From IMG/VR virus record IMGVR_UViG_3300046003_007336, positions 32,001-96,000 of that record: DNA of 64,000 nt; one strand, written 5' to 3'. Position numbers and translations under genes: made by a program. Below, piece by piece: positions 1-10,569 of this stretch. The stretch's first letter is position 1. Each line of letters begins with the position of its first letter. The notes under the pieces were generated by a model. It searched no databases. It saw nothing but the letters and a program-made list of their open reading frames with translations, and was not told the origin of the DNA. The stretch comes from a virus.

Positions 1-2
1 GA

Positions 3-1037
3 ACCGCTATCTCGGCCGTGCGCGGCGGCACCGGCCAGACCGTCTACGCGGTTGGCGATATTCTGGTTGCGACGTCCACGACTGCTCTGGAGAAACTCCC
101 CCGTGGTTCTGCCAAGCAACAGCTTCGCATCAATAGCGCAGGTGAAACTCTCGAATACGCCGATCTCATTGCTGCGGACGTTGCGTTCTCGGATGGCTCG
201 TACACAGCCACGAACGCATCGACGGCCCTGATTGAAGTCCGCACCAAGGTCAACGCGGTACAGACCGGCGCCGGTCTGACCAGCGCGGGAGACTTCGTAG
301 CGAACACGTCCACTACCTACATTGCTGCCGCGACCTCGCTCAAACAGTCCGACAATCTTCTCGATGTAGCCATTTCCACTCTTGCGACCACGGTTGGGAA
401 CATGACGGAGGCGGAAATCTTTTCTCCGAACACGTTCTACTCTGTCAAAACGACCAACACCCAGACGGAGTTCTACGGCAATGTCAACGCGGCCAAGGTT
501 CTGGTCGGCAAGGTGGTCTCGGGGAACAACACCAACACGCGTTTCTCCATCGACATGGCGACCGCTGGCCGCGCCAAGCTGGCTGTCGAGAGCGGCACCC
601 TCTCCAACGCAGACCTCGCCCTGGTCCCGCTCGGAACCGGTTCCATTGATGCCAGCGGCGCCCGGATGACCAATCTCGCCAACGCGACCCAGAACGCGGA
701 CGCCGTGAGCTTCGGTTTCGCAAAATCGACCATGACCTCATATAAGACCGTGGCTTTCACGGAAGCCAACGCACCCGTCTCGCTCGGGACCCTGAACGGC
801 CTCGTCAAGCGCGTCATCGTGCAGATCAACGATGCGTTCGCCGCCCCCTCCGGGGTGACGGTGGGAACGTCCGGGAACACCTCCCTTCTTGTCACTGGCG
901 CCGACATCGACCACTCCGAAGAAGGTATCTACATCGTAGACGTCATCGCCTCGGTGAACGCAGTGGTCTCCGTTTACATCTCCGGGTCCGGTGCGGGCAC
1001 CGGCACGGTGATCGTCGAATATCTCGCGAGTCAATAA
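3..1037 (+). CDS. Virion structural/tail-associated protein, 3' part (frame open to the window edge, true start probably upstream)
   Basis: Ala/Thr/Ser/Gly-rich beta-type sequence; segment GARMTNLANATQNADAV resembles trimeric fibre/adhesin neck motifs; no stop in frame from position 3. Confidence 0.55.
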   Translation, partial: TAISAVRGGTGQTVYAVGDILVATSTTALEKLPRGSAKQQLRINSAGETLEYADLIAADVAFSDGSYTATNASTALIEVRTKVNAVQTGAGLTSAGDFVANTSTTYIAAATSLKQSDNLLDVAISTLATTVGNMTEAEIFSPNTFYSVKTTNTQTEFYGNVNAAKVLVGKVVSGNNTNTRFSIDMATAGRAKLAVESGTLSNADLALVPLGTGSIDASGARMTNLANATQNADAVSFGFAKSTMTSYKTVAFTEANAPVSLGTLNGLVKRVIVQINDAFAAPSGVTVGTSGNTSLLVTGADIDHSEEGIYIVDVIASVNAVVSVYISGSGAGTGTVIVEYLASQ

Positions 1038-1082
1038 CGGGGCTCCCTGACATAAATACGTCTGACGTATTCAGGGAGAACC

Positions 1083-1631
1083 ATGAAAGTATTTGATACT
1101 CGAAACTCGGGCGGGTCTTTGGTCGTTCTTGGCCAGTCGCTCGTGCTCCCGAAGGAAACCCTTGACGGGACCGCGACTATTCACGGTGCCCTGCGCTATA
1201 ATTCATCTCTTAACCGGGTCGAGTTCCGATCATCCGGCAACGCGTGGAACCCTCTCGCCAGCGATGCTTCCACCTGGGAAAACTGGACACCGACGATCAC
1301 CACGACTGTCGCTGCTGGCTCGGGTTTCGCCTACACGGTCGTGTCGGCCCGCTACACCGTCCTGAACAAGCTCGTTGTCGCCACGTTCACGGCCACCATC
1401 ACCAACCTGGGCACGGGACCATCTGCTTCTGGGTTGGTGAATGCGACGATGCCCTTCGTGGCAGCGTACCCCGCATGCGGGCAAGGCTCCGAACCCGGCA
1501 TCACCGGCCACTTCCTTCAGGCCAACATGTCGTCTGCATCTAACCTCTTGACGATCAAGAAATACGACGGCTCGTCGCCAGTCGTCCTCAACGCCCAGAT
1601 TCGGGCCACCATTACCTACGAGGCCCAGTAA
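1083..1631 (+). CDS. Probable tail-fibre/virion structural protein
   Basis: Preceded by CATAAATA (late-like) and GGAG SD; motifs GALRYNSSLNRVEF and WENWTPTIT...ARYTVLNKLV typical of phage fibre domains. Confidence 0.5.
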   Translation: MKVFDTRNSGGSLVVLGQSLVLPKETLDGTATIHGALRYNSSLNRVEFRSSGNAWNPLASDASTWENWTPTITTTVAAGSGFAYTVVSARYTVLNKLVVATFTATITNLGTGPSASGLVNATMPFVAAYPACGQGSEPGITGHFLQANMSSASNLLTIKKYDGSSPVVLNAQIRATITYEAQ

Positions 1632-1633
1632 GC

Positions 1634-2176
1634 ATGTCCAGAGCAGCCCCAGCCCGAAAGCCCGCGACCCGCAAGGCGCCGCCGAAGGTTGTTCCGGCTC
1701 TTCCCAAGACCCCTTTCTGGTATTCCTGGCGCCACCTTGCCGCCTACATCTACCTCTTCATCTGCTTCTTCGATTTTGTCGCCATGCCGGTCTATTACGA
1801 GTTCGCCCACAAGCCTCTCTCGAAGACCGAACTCGTGCGACTGGTCACCGGTCTCGACCCCACCAATCAGGTTCAGGCCATGCAGATTATCTCGACCGAG
1901 CAGCGTTGGGAGCCCCTGACCCTCGGCGAGAGCGGCCTATTCCACCTCGCCTTCGGCGCCATCCTGGGTGTCGCCGCGTGGACCCGTGGTAGCCAGCGTG
2001 GCTCCAGCAGCCGCCCCGGCTATTTCGACAGCTACGCTGGCGGCGAGCGGGGCGATGACGATTTCGAGTTCGAAGAAGAAGAAGAACCCGCCCCGACCCG
2101 CAGTCGCGTAGATCGTTCCGCCGAAACAGCCGATGGTCTCGACCCGTTTGCTGACAATAGCGGAGGAAACACATGA
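1634..2176 (+). CDS. Membrane protein, holin-like (2 predicted TM segments, acidic C-terminal tail)
   Basis: Hydrophobic stretches HLAAYIYLFICFFDFVAMPVYY and GLFHLAFGAILGVAAW; resembles a conserved large-phage membrane family. Confidence 0.45.
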   Translation: MSRAAPARKPATRKAPPKVVPALPKTPFWYSWRHLAAYIYLFICFFDFVAMPVYYEFAHKPLSKTELVRLVTGLDPTNQVQAMQIISTEQRWEPLTLGESGLFHLAFGAILGVAAWTRGSQRGSSSRPGYFDSYAGGERGDDDFEFEEEEEPAPTRSRVDRSAETADGLDPFADNSGGNT

Positions 2177-2817
2177 CCCAACTACCCCTCGACGTGGCCC
2201 AATATATCAGCCTCATCAGCGCAGAGCCGCTCGCCGAAGACGTGTCTCGTCTGTGGTTCCACTGCGTGTGCGAGAACGCCCCGTCCGGCGTCGTGACCAC
2301 TCTCCAGTGTGATTCCGGGACCGAACTCAAATCGGTCTGCATGGTGGCCCGCAAAACCGAAGACGGGACCTCCTACGTGGTTCCGGTCACCCGCGCCCTG
2401 GCCGAGCGCGAAGTCGAACGCGTGGTCAACGCTTTCACCGAAGCCTACGACGGCGACTTCGACATTGAAGCCACCACCGTGCCGCAAGGCCAGTTGACTT
2501 CCAAGGACGCGGGCCCCTCGCTCGACATCGACGAAGAACACTATAAGGAACTTTGCGCCGCGTGGGCAAAGCGGAAACACAACGAGTGGGTGAAGTCCCG
2601 CACGGAATCCGGCTGGCGTTTCGGGCAACGGGTCAGCCTGAAAGACAAGACCCATCCGCTGCTGCGCCCGTGGGATGATCTCCCAGCGACCGCCCGCCAG
2701 ACCGACATGGACGAACCTCAGGAACTTCTCGATCTCATCGACGCCCACGGATACGTCGTGGTGACCAAGTCCGACCTCGAAACCCTGATGGGGCTTGTCC
2801 GTCGCGCCAAGATGTAG
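2173..2817 (+). CDS. RyR (ryanodine-receptor repeat) domain protein
   Basis: C-terminal AKRKHNEWVKSRTESGWRFG...KTHPLLRPWDDLP matches the RyR-domain pattern (HNxW...GWxYG...HPxLxPYxxL). Confidence 0.75.
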   Translation: MTQLPLDVAQYISLISAEPLAEDVSRLWFHCVCENAPSGVVTTLQCDSGTELKSVCMVARKTEDGTSYVVPVTRALAEREVERVVNAFTEAYDGDFDIEATTVPQGQLTSKDAGPSLDIDEEHYKELCAAWAKRKHNEWVKSRTESGWRFGQRVSLKDKTHPLLRPWDDLPATARQTDMDEPQELLDLIDAHGYVVVTKSDLETLMGLVRRAKM

Positions 2818-2933
2818 GGTGCGACATTCCGCCACACATGTTGTGACGTCAGCGGAACTTGCGGAAGAAACGGAGATCGACTAGATAGGCATCACGGTCA
2901 CCTTGATCGTGTGTCTTTCGACGGAGTTCTTTA

Positions 2934-3311
2934 ATGACACGCACTCGCCCATCTTCACCCTTCGACACCAGCGACGCCCGCTGCAAGTTCCCGGTCTTCG
3001 GCGCCACCTGCGACGCGGCCCTGACGAAATCTGGCCGCACCGCGTCCGACATCGCCCGCGAATGCAAGATTTCGCCCGAGATGATGCGCGCCTATCGCCG
3101 GGGCTTCGCCTACCCCATGGATTCGACCCTGGCCAAGCTGGAAGCCGCCCTCGGCGTCACGCTGTCCGACAAGCCCAGGACCGGCATCATGGTTCGCGAC
3201 GTCGATCTGGCCACGCTGGACGCCATCGCCGCGCTGGCCACGGGTGCCGCGCAGGTTTCCCGCGACGGTGACCAGTACGTCTTCACCGTCCGGGTTCCTG
3301 CGGCGGCATAA
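2934..3311 (+). CDS. XRE-family helix-turn-helix regulator
   Basis: GRTASDIARECKISPEMMRAYRRG...TLAKLEAALGV HTH pattern. Confidence 0.7.
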   Translation: MTRTRPSSPFDTSDARCKFPVFGATCDAALTKSGRTASDIARECKISPEMMRAYRRGFAYPMDSTLAKLEAALGVTLSDKPRTGIMVRDVDLATLDAIAALATGAAQVSRDGDQYVFTVRVPAAA

Positions 3312-3347
3312 TCCCCTCGGGGAGTTCGGTGTGGTGCTGAACGGAAG

Positions 3348-3372
3348 AGGCGGGGCGAAAGCTCCGCCTTTT
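3348..3372 (+). terminator. Intrinsic terminator
   Basis: AGGCGGGGC-GAAA-GCTCCGCCT followed by TTT. Confidence 0.7.
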
Positions 3373-3411
3373 CATTTTGGTTTCCCAAAAGAGTGTGCAT
3401 ATACTGCGTAC

Positions 3412-4776
3412 ATGGACGCATCAGACATCATCGAACGCCTTGCGGCAGAACCAAGCCGCACCGGCAAAGAACAAATTCTCTATGACGCGTTCCAGAACGG
3501 TCACCGAGACTTCTTCATCGGCGCACAACTCGCCTACGACGCTCTCGTGAGCTTCGGGGTCAAGAAAGTCGCCAGCATCGAAGAGCCCGACGATGGCGAC
3601 CCCGGCACCTATACGTTCAAGGACTTCCTCGAACTCGCCGATGATCTGGCCAACCGCCGTCTGACCGGCCACGCCGCGCGCGACGCCATCAACGACGCCG
3701 CCAGCCGCTGCAACATCCGCACATGGCAGACTTTCTACCGCCGCGTTCTCCTGACGGATTTCAAATGCGGGTGCGAGACTTCCACGATCAACAAGATTCT
3801 GAAGAAGCTCAGCCAATCGAACCCCGAGGCTGAGAAATACATGGTCCCGGTCTTCGGCTGCCAGTTGGCCAAGGACGGCGCCGACCCCGCGCACGAGAAG
3901 AAGATCAAGGGCGTGCGGATGCTGGACGTCAAGCTCGACGGCGTCCGCCTCATCACCGTTCTGGACAAAGAAGCCGGAATGGTCACCCAGTTCAGCCGCA
4001 ACGGCCACGTCGTCGAGACTTTCGCTGAGGTCCGCGAGGCCCTGATGGGCCTGCTCGACGAACTGCCGGGCAGCGTCGTCCTCGACGGCGAGATCACCGC
4101 AGCATCCTTCCAGACGCTGATGACCCGCCTCCAGCGCAAGGTCGGCAAGAACACCGTCGAAGCCAAGCTGGCCCTGTTCGACATCATCCCGCTCGAAGAT
4201 TTCCGCAACGGTTTCTGCGCGACCTCGCAGCGGGAACGCCACGCTCACCTGATCTCGCTGGTGACCTCCGGCCTCCTGAAGGCCAAGACCGGCACTCTCT
4301 GCTACGTCGTGCCCAAGATCGAACTCGATCTCGACACGCCCGAGGGCCAGGAGGCTTTCGCCGAGTTCAATCGGCAAGCCATCGAAGCCGACTACGAAGG
4401 CATCATGATCAAGGACCCCGAGGCCGCCTACGAGATCAAACGCTCTATTGCGTGGCTGAAGATGAAGCCCTTCATCGAAGTCAGCCTGACCGTGACGGAA
4501 CTCCAACAGGGTGAAGCGGGCTCGAAATACGCCGACGTTCTCGGTGCCCTGATCTGTGAAGGCCGCGAAGACGGTAAGGACATTCGGGTCAGCGTCGGCT
4601 CCGGCATCACGGATGCGGAACGGAAGCTGTGGTGGAACAACCCCGGCCTCGTGAAGGGTTTCATCGCTGAGGTTCGCGCCGATTGCTTCAGCAAGGCACA
4701 GGACGGAGAAATCTGGTCGTTGCGTTTCCCCCGCCTGAAGGGCTGGCGCGGCCGGGTCGCTGGTGAGAAGCTCTGA
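3412..4776 (+). CDS. lig: ATP-dependent DNA ligase
   Basis: Motif I KLDGVR, motif III LDGEI, IIIa FDII, IV EGIMIK, V WLKMK, VI SLRFPR; start set at the ATG 6 nt after a TATACT -10 box. Confidence 0.95.
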   Translation: MDASDIIERLAAEPSRTGKEQILYDAFQNGHRDFFIGAQLAYDALVSFGVKKVASIEEPDDGDPGTYTFKDFLELADDLANRRLTGHAARDAINDAASRCNIRTWQTFYRRVLLTDFKCGCETSTINKILKKLSQSNPEAEKYMVPVFGCQLAKDGADPAHEKKIKGVRMLDVKLDGVRLITVLDKEAGMVTQFSRNGHVVETFAEVREALMGLLDELPGSVVLDGEITAASFQTLMTRLQRKVGKNTVEAKLALFDIIPLEDFRNGFCATSQRERHAHLISLVTSGLLKAKTGTLCYVVPKIELDLDTPEGQEAFAEFNRQAIEADYEGIMIKDPEAAYEIKRSIAWLKMKPFIEVSLTVTELQQGEAGSKYADVLGALICEGREDGKDIRVSVGSGITDAERKLWWNNPGLVKGFIAEVRADCFSKAQDGEIWSLRFPRLKGWRGRVAGEKL

Positions 4777-5997
4777 GGTCAGGTGGGCCCCTCGGGCTAC
4801 CTTCAAGGAAACCGGCAGCGTGGACCTGAGCGGCTACTTCAACGATTTCTGGCCTTGTGACCACTGCGCCGCCGCGACCGGTTATGTCGGCCTAGGCGAT
4901 GCTGACCACTATGCGCGCACGCCAACGCGCATGATGCATGAGGAAGAGTTCCTCCCGATGATGGCGGCAAGGGGGTGGACTCGATTCGATTTCACCCGAA
5001 GGGAATGGCGCCCTACGCCGACGACCATGACTTTGCGCCTGAAGCCGTGGACGGTTATCCAACCTGTGCACTATTTCGATATGGCCAAGTTCCCTGATCT
5101 CAACGGAGACCATGACCCCATCCTGGTCTTCATGTCTGACCCCGAGGAATATTCTCGGCTGTTCTTCACACTAGGAATGCCCAATGGATAATCTCACCGA
5201 TAGCGCAGTCGCGTGGATAGTAGACCCGTTGGGGGACTATACGCCGGGGCGCGGCAAGGAGATCGTCGATTGGTTGGATGCTTGGGGGAAACCATTTTTC
5301 CCCTCTGGTCGCTACTATATGCTCAAGCAGCACGGTGACATGATCTGGGCTGGCTACAAGTTCCATATCGGTCTCGCGACCGAAGAAGACGCCGACGAGT
5401 TCATCACGCGCTGGGGCGGATTCAAGTCTCCTGGTTCGGTGGCCAACGGCTCCTTCGTCACTGAGCCCGCGAACGCATGGGACCAATTCGGCCGTGGGTA
5501 AAATCTACACCACGGCGGAGGCTCAATCCCGTGCCCTGTTCCTGTTCCAGAAACCGACCCGACATATGTCGAACTGGACAGGCGACATTGAGCGCGAATT
5601 CCCGCACGTGGCCTCGATTCACCAGAGCTATTTTGTCGTTTTCCAGGACTACCGGGACGACGATCAGTTCACGCCGATCACGCACCGAGACACCTACCTC
5701 TTCGTTGAAGAGAACTGCGCCCACGACGCCATCATGCGCCACACCGAGGTGGAGTTCTATTTCACGCCGGATTACAAGGTCAGAGAGGCACAGAAGAAAT
5801 TCGTGTCCAGCTACGAGATGCGCCAGTCGGTGAAATCAGGCTGGGTGGAGTTTTTCTTCCGCTCCCACTCCGACCTCCTATTGTTCGTCCTTCATTTCGG
5901 AGAGGTGTGCTCGATCAGAGATGATCTCGTGCATCCGAACCGCAATTTCTCCGACACTGAACGGGCCTCTATTTCGAAGCACTCGGTGCTGTTTTAA
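4763..5997 (+). CDS. Three hypothetical ORFs (4763-5191, 5184-5501, 5494-5997)
   Basis: Overlapping stop/start junctions; the latter two end in the shared F-x-x-x-x-D-(A)-x-x-F motif. Confidence 0.6.
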
Positions 5998-6080
5998 TTT
6001 TGAATCTCGCCTACCAAAAAACGTAGGGTGTCTTTGCCGGTCCAGTCGGGCCGGATATTTCAAAGGACACTTTACTCCCT

Positions 6081-6338
6081 ATGGCACTGAACAATCTCTC
6101 CCAGGACGACCAGCGCAAGCTCAACGAGTTCATGGACGCTGGCCTGCGCATCCTGCAAGACCAAGCTGACCTCCGTGAAGGTCTGTCGGAAAAGGCGAAA
6201 GACCTCGCCACCCACCTGGACATCAAGCCCGGCCTTCTGATGAAGTCGCTGCGCTCCGCCTTCAAGCAAACCCTGGCTGCCGACAAGGAAGTCATGGAAG
6301 GCGTCGAGGACATCCTCGAAATCACTGGCCACGCCTAA
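6081..6338 (+). CDS. Small dsDNA-binding protein, T4 DsbA/GapR-like
   Basis: 85-aa helical protein KLNEFMDAGLRILQDQADLREGLSEKAKDLATHLDIKPGLLMK resembling this family; followed by a hairpin. Confidence 0.55.
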   Translation: MALNNLSQDDQRKLNEFMDAGLRILQDQADLREGLSEKAKDLATHLDIKPGLLMKSLRSAFKQTLAADKEVMEGVEDILEITGHA

Positions 6339-6371
6339 GGAGCGGGGGCGGGGAAACCCGCCCTTCATCCC

Positions 6372-7171
6372 ATGCAGAGGCCGACGCGCGCGGACGCTAT
6401 CCGCATCATCCGTGAAATGCTCTCAACGAGGCGAAACCTTATGGGCGATATGACTGGTGAGCAGGAGACCGCCTTCCTGTTCGCCGACGACTGGACCGTC
6501 GTCGCCGACTGCTCGAACCTGACGGATTGCCACTGGGCGCATGAAGTCGTGATGACGGTCGCCGAACTTCACCAGACGCTGGGTCATCACAAGTGGTGCG
6601 TGGCCAACTGCGAGGAAAACTGGTCGTCTTATCGACAAAATCTCCGCAGCATGCAGAACAGAAACGTGATTTTTACTTTCCGTTCCCCAAAGGATGCCAC
6701 GAAGTTCATTCTCCGTTTCTGTGATCAAGTGGTTCACAATTGATTTTGATTCCAGAGTAATGAAACAACTACTATGGAGTCATGAAACCTCACTTCCCTT
6801 GGATGCTCGAATGGACCGCCGACGACGTCGAGTGGGGGTTCTTGTCTGAGTGCAAGACCTTCGATTCCGCCTACGTCTTCGTGGACGCCATGACGTTCAA
6901 GATTCCAGTGGGGCTCTCACCTGTTCACGCCGAGGCTATCGGAATGGATGAACCCCTGCTGGCTTGTTACGCCAAGCCCGAGGACGACGACTACGATGTT
7001 CTGGTTTGGTGCGCGGACAACTGCCGTGGACGGTGGGGCGCGGTCGGCGAAGAGCAATGGGTTTCAATCACCCGTGGCGAGTTCGCCCTCATTGTGAAGT
7101 TCGAAGATCAAAAGGACGCCGCGCTCTTCCGGCTCTCCTTCAAAAACGCCGAAGAGTTCGAGACCGCCTGA
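6372..7171 (+). CDS. Two hypothetical ORFs (6372-6743, 6782-7171) of the shared C-terminal-motif family
   Basis: End in FTFRSPKDATKFILRF and VKFEDQKDAALFRLSF. Confidence 0.65.
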
Positions 7172-8865
7172 TGTCTTATGTCGATGCAATGTATGACCGC
7201 GCCAAGGACATCATCCACGTTGTGGAGCGCGTCAATGGTGAGCGAATCTATCGCGAGGACCGGGTAGAACACGTCTTCTACTACGGCCACCCGATGGGGA
7301 CCCACAAGTCGATTTTCGGCGACCCCTGCAAGCGATTCGCCATTCAGGATGGTCGCAAGTTCCGCAGCGAGGTCTTCAAGAAAAAGAAAGCCGGGGTCGA
7401 AATCTTCGAATCCGACATCCGCCCAGAGTTCCGCTATCTGGCCGATCACTACATGGGGGCCGAGACCCCTATCCTCAATGTCGGCTTCTTCGACATCGAG
7501 GCCGACTTCGATCTCGAACGCGGCTTCGCTCCGACCGATGACCCGTTCAACGCCGTGACGGCGATCACGCTGCACATTTCCAGCATGGACCGTCTCTTCA
7601 CCCTGGCCCTCATCCCCCCGACCATGACGCTCGAAGAGGGCATCGCCATCGGGGAGAAGTTCGAAGACACGATGATCTTCGACGATGAAGCGGAGATGCT
7701 GAGCAGTTTCCTCTACCTGATCGAAGACGTCGATGTCCTCTCGGGCTGGAACTCCGAAGGCTACGATATCCCCTACTTGGTCAACCGGGTGAAGCGTCTG
7801 CTCGGCAACGAGGCGTCAAAGCGTTTCTGCCTCTGGGATCAGTTCCCCCGCACGCGCGAGTACCTGAAGTTCGGCAAGGCCTTCAACACCTACGATCTCG
7901 TGGGCCGAGTTCACCTCGACTATCTGCTCCTCTATCAGAAGCACAACCCGCAACAGCTTCACAGCTACCGGCTCGACTACGTGGCTGAGATTGAAGTCGG
8001 GGACAACAAGGTCCCCTACGAGGGAACCCTCGACGATCTCTACAAGAAAGATTTCGAGAAGTTCATCGACTATAACCGCCAGGACGTCGCCCTGCTGGTC
8101 AAGATTGACGCGAAGCGGAAGTTCATCGAGCTAGCCAACCAGATCGCGCACTCAAACTGCGTGTTGCTGAAGACCACGATGGGCTCGGTGGCTCTGGTCG
8201 AGCAGGCGATCATCAACGAGATGCACAATCTGGGCTTCGTCGTGCCAGACCGGGTTCGCGAAGAAAAGCAGGAAAGCCTGCGACCAAAGCTGGCTCCGGC
8301 CGAAGACGATGATGAAGACGAGGATGAAGACGATGAGCGCACGCCCGTCGTCGGTGCCTACGTGGCCAAACCCAAGACGGGCATCCACCGAGAAGTCGCC
8401 TGCGTGGACATCAACTCCCTGTATCCGTCGTGCATCCGCGCGCTCAACATGTCGCCCGAAACCATCTTCGGACAGGTGCGCCCAGATGAGACCATGGCAC
8501 TCGTTCATGAGCGTATTGCGGCCGGGGTTCCGAGAGCAGAAGCATGGGAGGGGTTGTTCTGCACCCTGGAAGTTTCCCATATGATGGACCGGGATGACGC
8601 CCAACTCACGGTGGATTTCGAGGACGGGTCAACGGTTGTGATGACTGGGTCGCAACTTTACGATCTGGTATACGACCCCGCCTCTAGCCTGTGCATAACT
8701 GCAAACGGAACGCTTTTCCGAACCGACAAAGAAGGCATCATTCCCCAGCTTTTGGCGCAATGGTATTCGGAGCGTCAGAGCATGCAGGCGAAGGAAGCTG
8801 CTTTCAAAATTGCAGCCGGTGGCGTCGAGATTGATGACGAACTTGCTGTTTTGCTGGCCAACTAA
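7171..8865 (+). CDS. B-family DNA polymerase, N-terminal part (3'-5' exonuclease, motif A, first fingers helix)
   Basis: ExoI FFDIEAD, ExoII SGWNSEGYDIPYL, ExoIII YNRQDV, motif A DINSLYPSCI, GIIPQLLAQWYSERQ; ORF stops before motifs B and C. Confidence 0.93.
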   Translation: MSYVDAMYDRAKDIIHVVERVNGERIYREDRVEHVFYYGHPMGTHKSIFGDPCKRFAIQDGRKFRSEVFKKKKAGVEIFESDIRPEFRYLADHYMGAETPILNVGFFDIEADFDLERGFAPTDDPFNAVTAITLHISSMDRLFTLALIPPTMTLEEGIAIGEKFEDTMIFDDEAEMLSSFLYLIEDVDVLSGWNSEGYDIPYLVNRVKRLLGNEASKRFCLWDQFPRTREYLKFGKAFNTYDLVGRVHLDYLLLYQKHNPQQLHSYRLDYVAEIEVGDNKVPYEGTLDDLYKKDFEKFIDYNRQDVALLVKIDAKRKFIELANQIAHSNCVLLKTTMGSVALVEQAIINEMHNLGFVVPDRVREEKQESLRPKLAPAEDDDEDEDEDDERTPVVGAYVAKPKTGIHREVACVDINSLYPSCIRALNMSPETIFGQVRPDETMALVHERIAAGVPRAEAWEGLFCTLEVSHMMDRDDAQLTVDFEDGSTVVMTGSQLYDLVYDPASSLCITANGTLFRTDKEGIIPQLLAQWYSERQSMQAKEAAFKIAAGGVEIDDELAVLLAN

Positions 8866-9209
8866 GCTGAAAAAACACCGCGAGATGAAAAAAAATGTGA
8901 ATGATTTTCTCGGGATACCAGTTTTTCCACTACTGCGAAGATCGCCGCAGATGGTCAACGGGATAAATCAGTATGATGTCTCCTACAACCATTGAAATCA
9001 TTAAGCTATTTGTCCAAGTTTGGTTGGGTGGTGCGGCCTTGATGTGGGCCTTCCAGTTCTTCTCTAACAAGGAACCAGACACATTCGACGTGGCATTGTG
9101 GCCTATAAAATGGCTCTATGATCTGCTCTTCAAGTAAAAAGTAGTTGACGACGTCTTCAGTCTGACTATCTTCTCCCAACATGCTCATTAGGGAGCACGG
9201 AGAAGACTG

Positions 9210-9845
9210 ATGACTGACACCACTGCCCCCTCGGGCGAAACCACGAACACCCACATCGGCCTCGTCGCCGACATCGTCGCCGCCTATGTTTCGAACAACA
9301 TCGTGCAGGCGTCGGACCTGGGCACCCTGATCTCGAACGTCGATCAGGCCATGCGCGCCATCGTCGGCGGCACGACCGAGGTCGAGCCCGCCGCCCCCGC
9401 CGAACCGGCCGTGCCGATTCGCAAGTCGATCACCCCCGACTTCCTGATCTGCCTCAACGACGGGCGCAAGTTCAAGTCGCTGAAGCGGCACCTGCGCACC
9501 AAATACAACATGAGCCCGGAAGACTATCGGGCCCAGTGGGGTCTGCCGCGCGACTACCCGATGGTCGCCCCGAACTACGCGCAGGCTCGTTCGGAACTCG
9601 CCAAGTCGATGGGCCTCGGCCGCAAGGCTGGTGAAACCGGCGCCGCCCACTCGGAACGCACCAAGACCGCTCCGAAGGCTTCGGCTCCGAAGGCCGCCGC
9701 CGTGAAGGCTCCGAAGGCCGCCAAGGCTCCGAAAGCCGCCGCGCCGAAGAAGACCGCCTCGAAGGCCGCTCGCCCGGCCAAGACGGTGGAACGCGAGTCC
9801 ACCCAGGCCGCCGCTGATCTGGCCGCCCCGGTTTCCGCCGAATAA
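9210..9845 (+). CDS. mucR: MucR/Ros-family nucleoid-associated regulator with Lys/Ala/Pro-rich C-terminal extension
   Basis: VADIVAAYVSNN...PAVPIRKSITPDFLICLNDGRKFKSLKRHLRT...WGLPRDYPMVAPNYA is the Ros/MucR signature. Confidence 0.93.
   Translation: MTDTTAPSGETTNTHIGLVADIVAAYVSNNIVQASDLGTLISNVDQAMRAIVGGTTEVEPAAPAEPAVPIRKSITPDFLICLNDGRKFKSLKRHLRTKYNMSPEDYRAQWGLPRDYPMVAPNYAQARSELAKSMGLGRKAGETGAAHSERTKTAPKASAPKAAAVKAPKAAKAPKAAAPKKTASKAARPAKTVERESTQAAADLAAPVSAE
9660..9780 (+). repeat. Imperfect coding repeats (gctccgaaggcc/gcc) encoding the KAPKA tail
   Basis: Repeated CCGAAGGC units. Confidence 0.7.
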
Positions 9846-9868
9846 TCCATCGGCGGATTTGAGATGAA

Positions 9869-9902
9869 TGACCCCGCTCGGGAAACCGGGCGGGGTTTTT
9901 CT
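9869..9902 (+). terminator. Intrinsic terminator after mucR
   Basis: ACCCCGCTCGG-GAAA-CCGGGCGGGGT followed by TTTT. Confidence 0.8.
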
Positions 9903-9954
9903 TAGGTGAACCAAAATATTGCGAGGTCATTCCCGGACAGGGTATTGTCTGTGA

Positions 9955-10569
9955 ATGAGTTCAACCCGTAAAAAGAAGATCGTTGAAGAAGTAGAACAGG
10001 GCGTAGTCCGGTTCGCCCTGCGTGACCCCAACACGGGTCTCTATTGGGATTGCCAGTTCCCCAAGGTTTCACGGAACCGCCGTTTCTACTGGGAGAGCCG
10101 CTCTCCACCCCCGGTGCTGGAACCGGTATTTCAGGCCCAGCCCACCTATCATGCTCGCCGCAACTTTCTGTCCACGATCTACACCAAGTATGAGATCGAG
10201 AGACGCTGTCGGGCCGAGGGGCTGTCCGAGTTGCCCAAGCTCGAAATGGTCGAACTCCGCGCCGTCTTCACAGTGGCCACGACATCCGAAATCGAGATCG
10301 ACGACAACATCATTCAGGCCGAGCGCATCAAACGCATCCACGGCACCGTGGTGGGAGATGCGGCCAACATCCTGGTCCAGAGAGGCGAGCGGTTGGCCGA
10401 TTTCGAATATGCGATCAAGCGCAAGGGCTCGACCTTCCTCCTCCTTCAGGAAAGCATGCCAGAGGCTCGAAACGCCAACATGGTGACCTTCCTCAAGAGC
10501 GAGAAGGATTTGTTCCAGGCCAAGTTGCTCATCTCGGAAAGCATCACCAAGGTCTACAAGCTCAGATAG
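9955..10569 (+). CDS. Hypothetical protein
   Basis: 204-aa ORF with phage-like codon usage. Confidence 0.6.
   Translation: MSSTRKKKIVEEVEQGVVRFALRDPNTGLYWDCQFPKVSRNRRFYWESRSPPPVLEPVFQAQPTYHARRNFLSTIYTKYEIERRCRAEGLSELPKLEMVELRAVFTVATTSEIEIDDNIIQAERIKRIHGTVVGDAANILVQRGERLADFEYAIKRKGSTFLLLQESMPEARNANMVTFLKSEKDLFQAKLLISESITKVYKLR

Noticed and set aside
8290-8340. GATGAAGAC-type repeats in the polymerase gene as a repeat element
   Set aside because: Simply encodes an acidic low-complexity loop (EDDDEDEDEDDE).
8800-8865. Split intein or intron at the polymerase break
   Set aside because: No N-intein Cys/Ser block after the break, no His-Asn C-intein end in the 51781 ORF, and no group I/II intron features seen.
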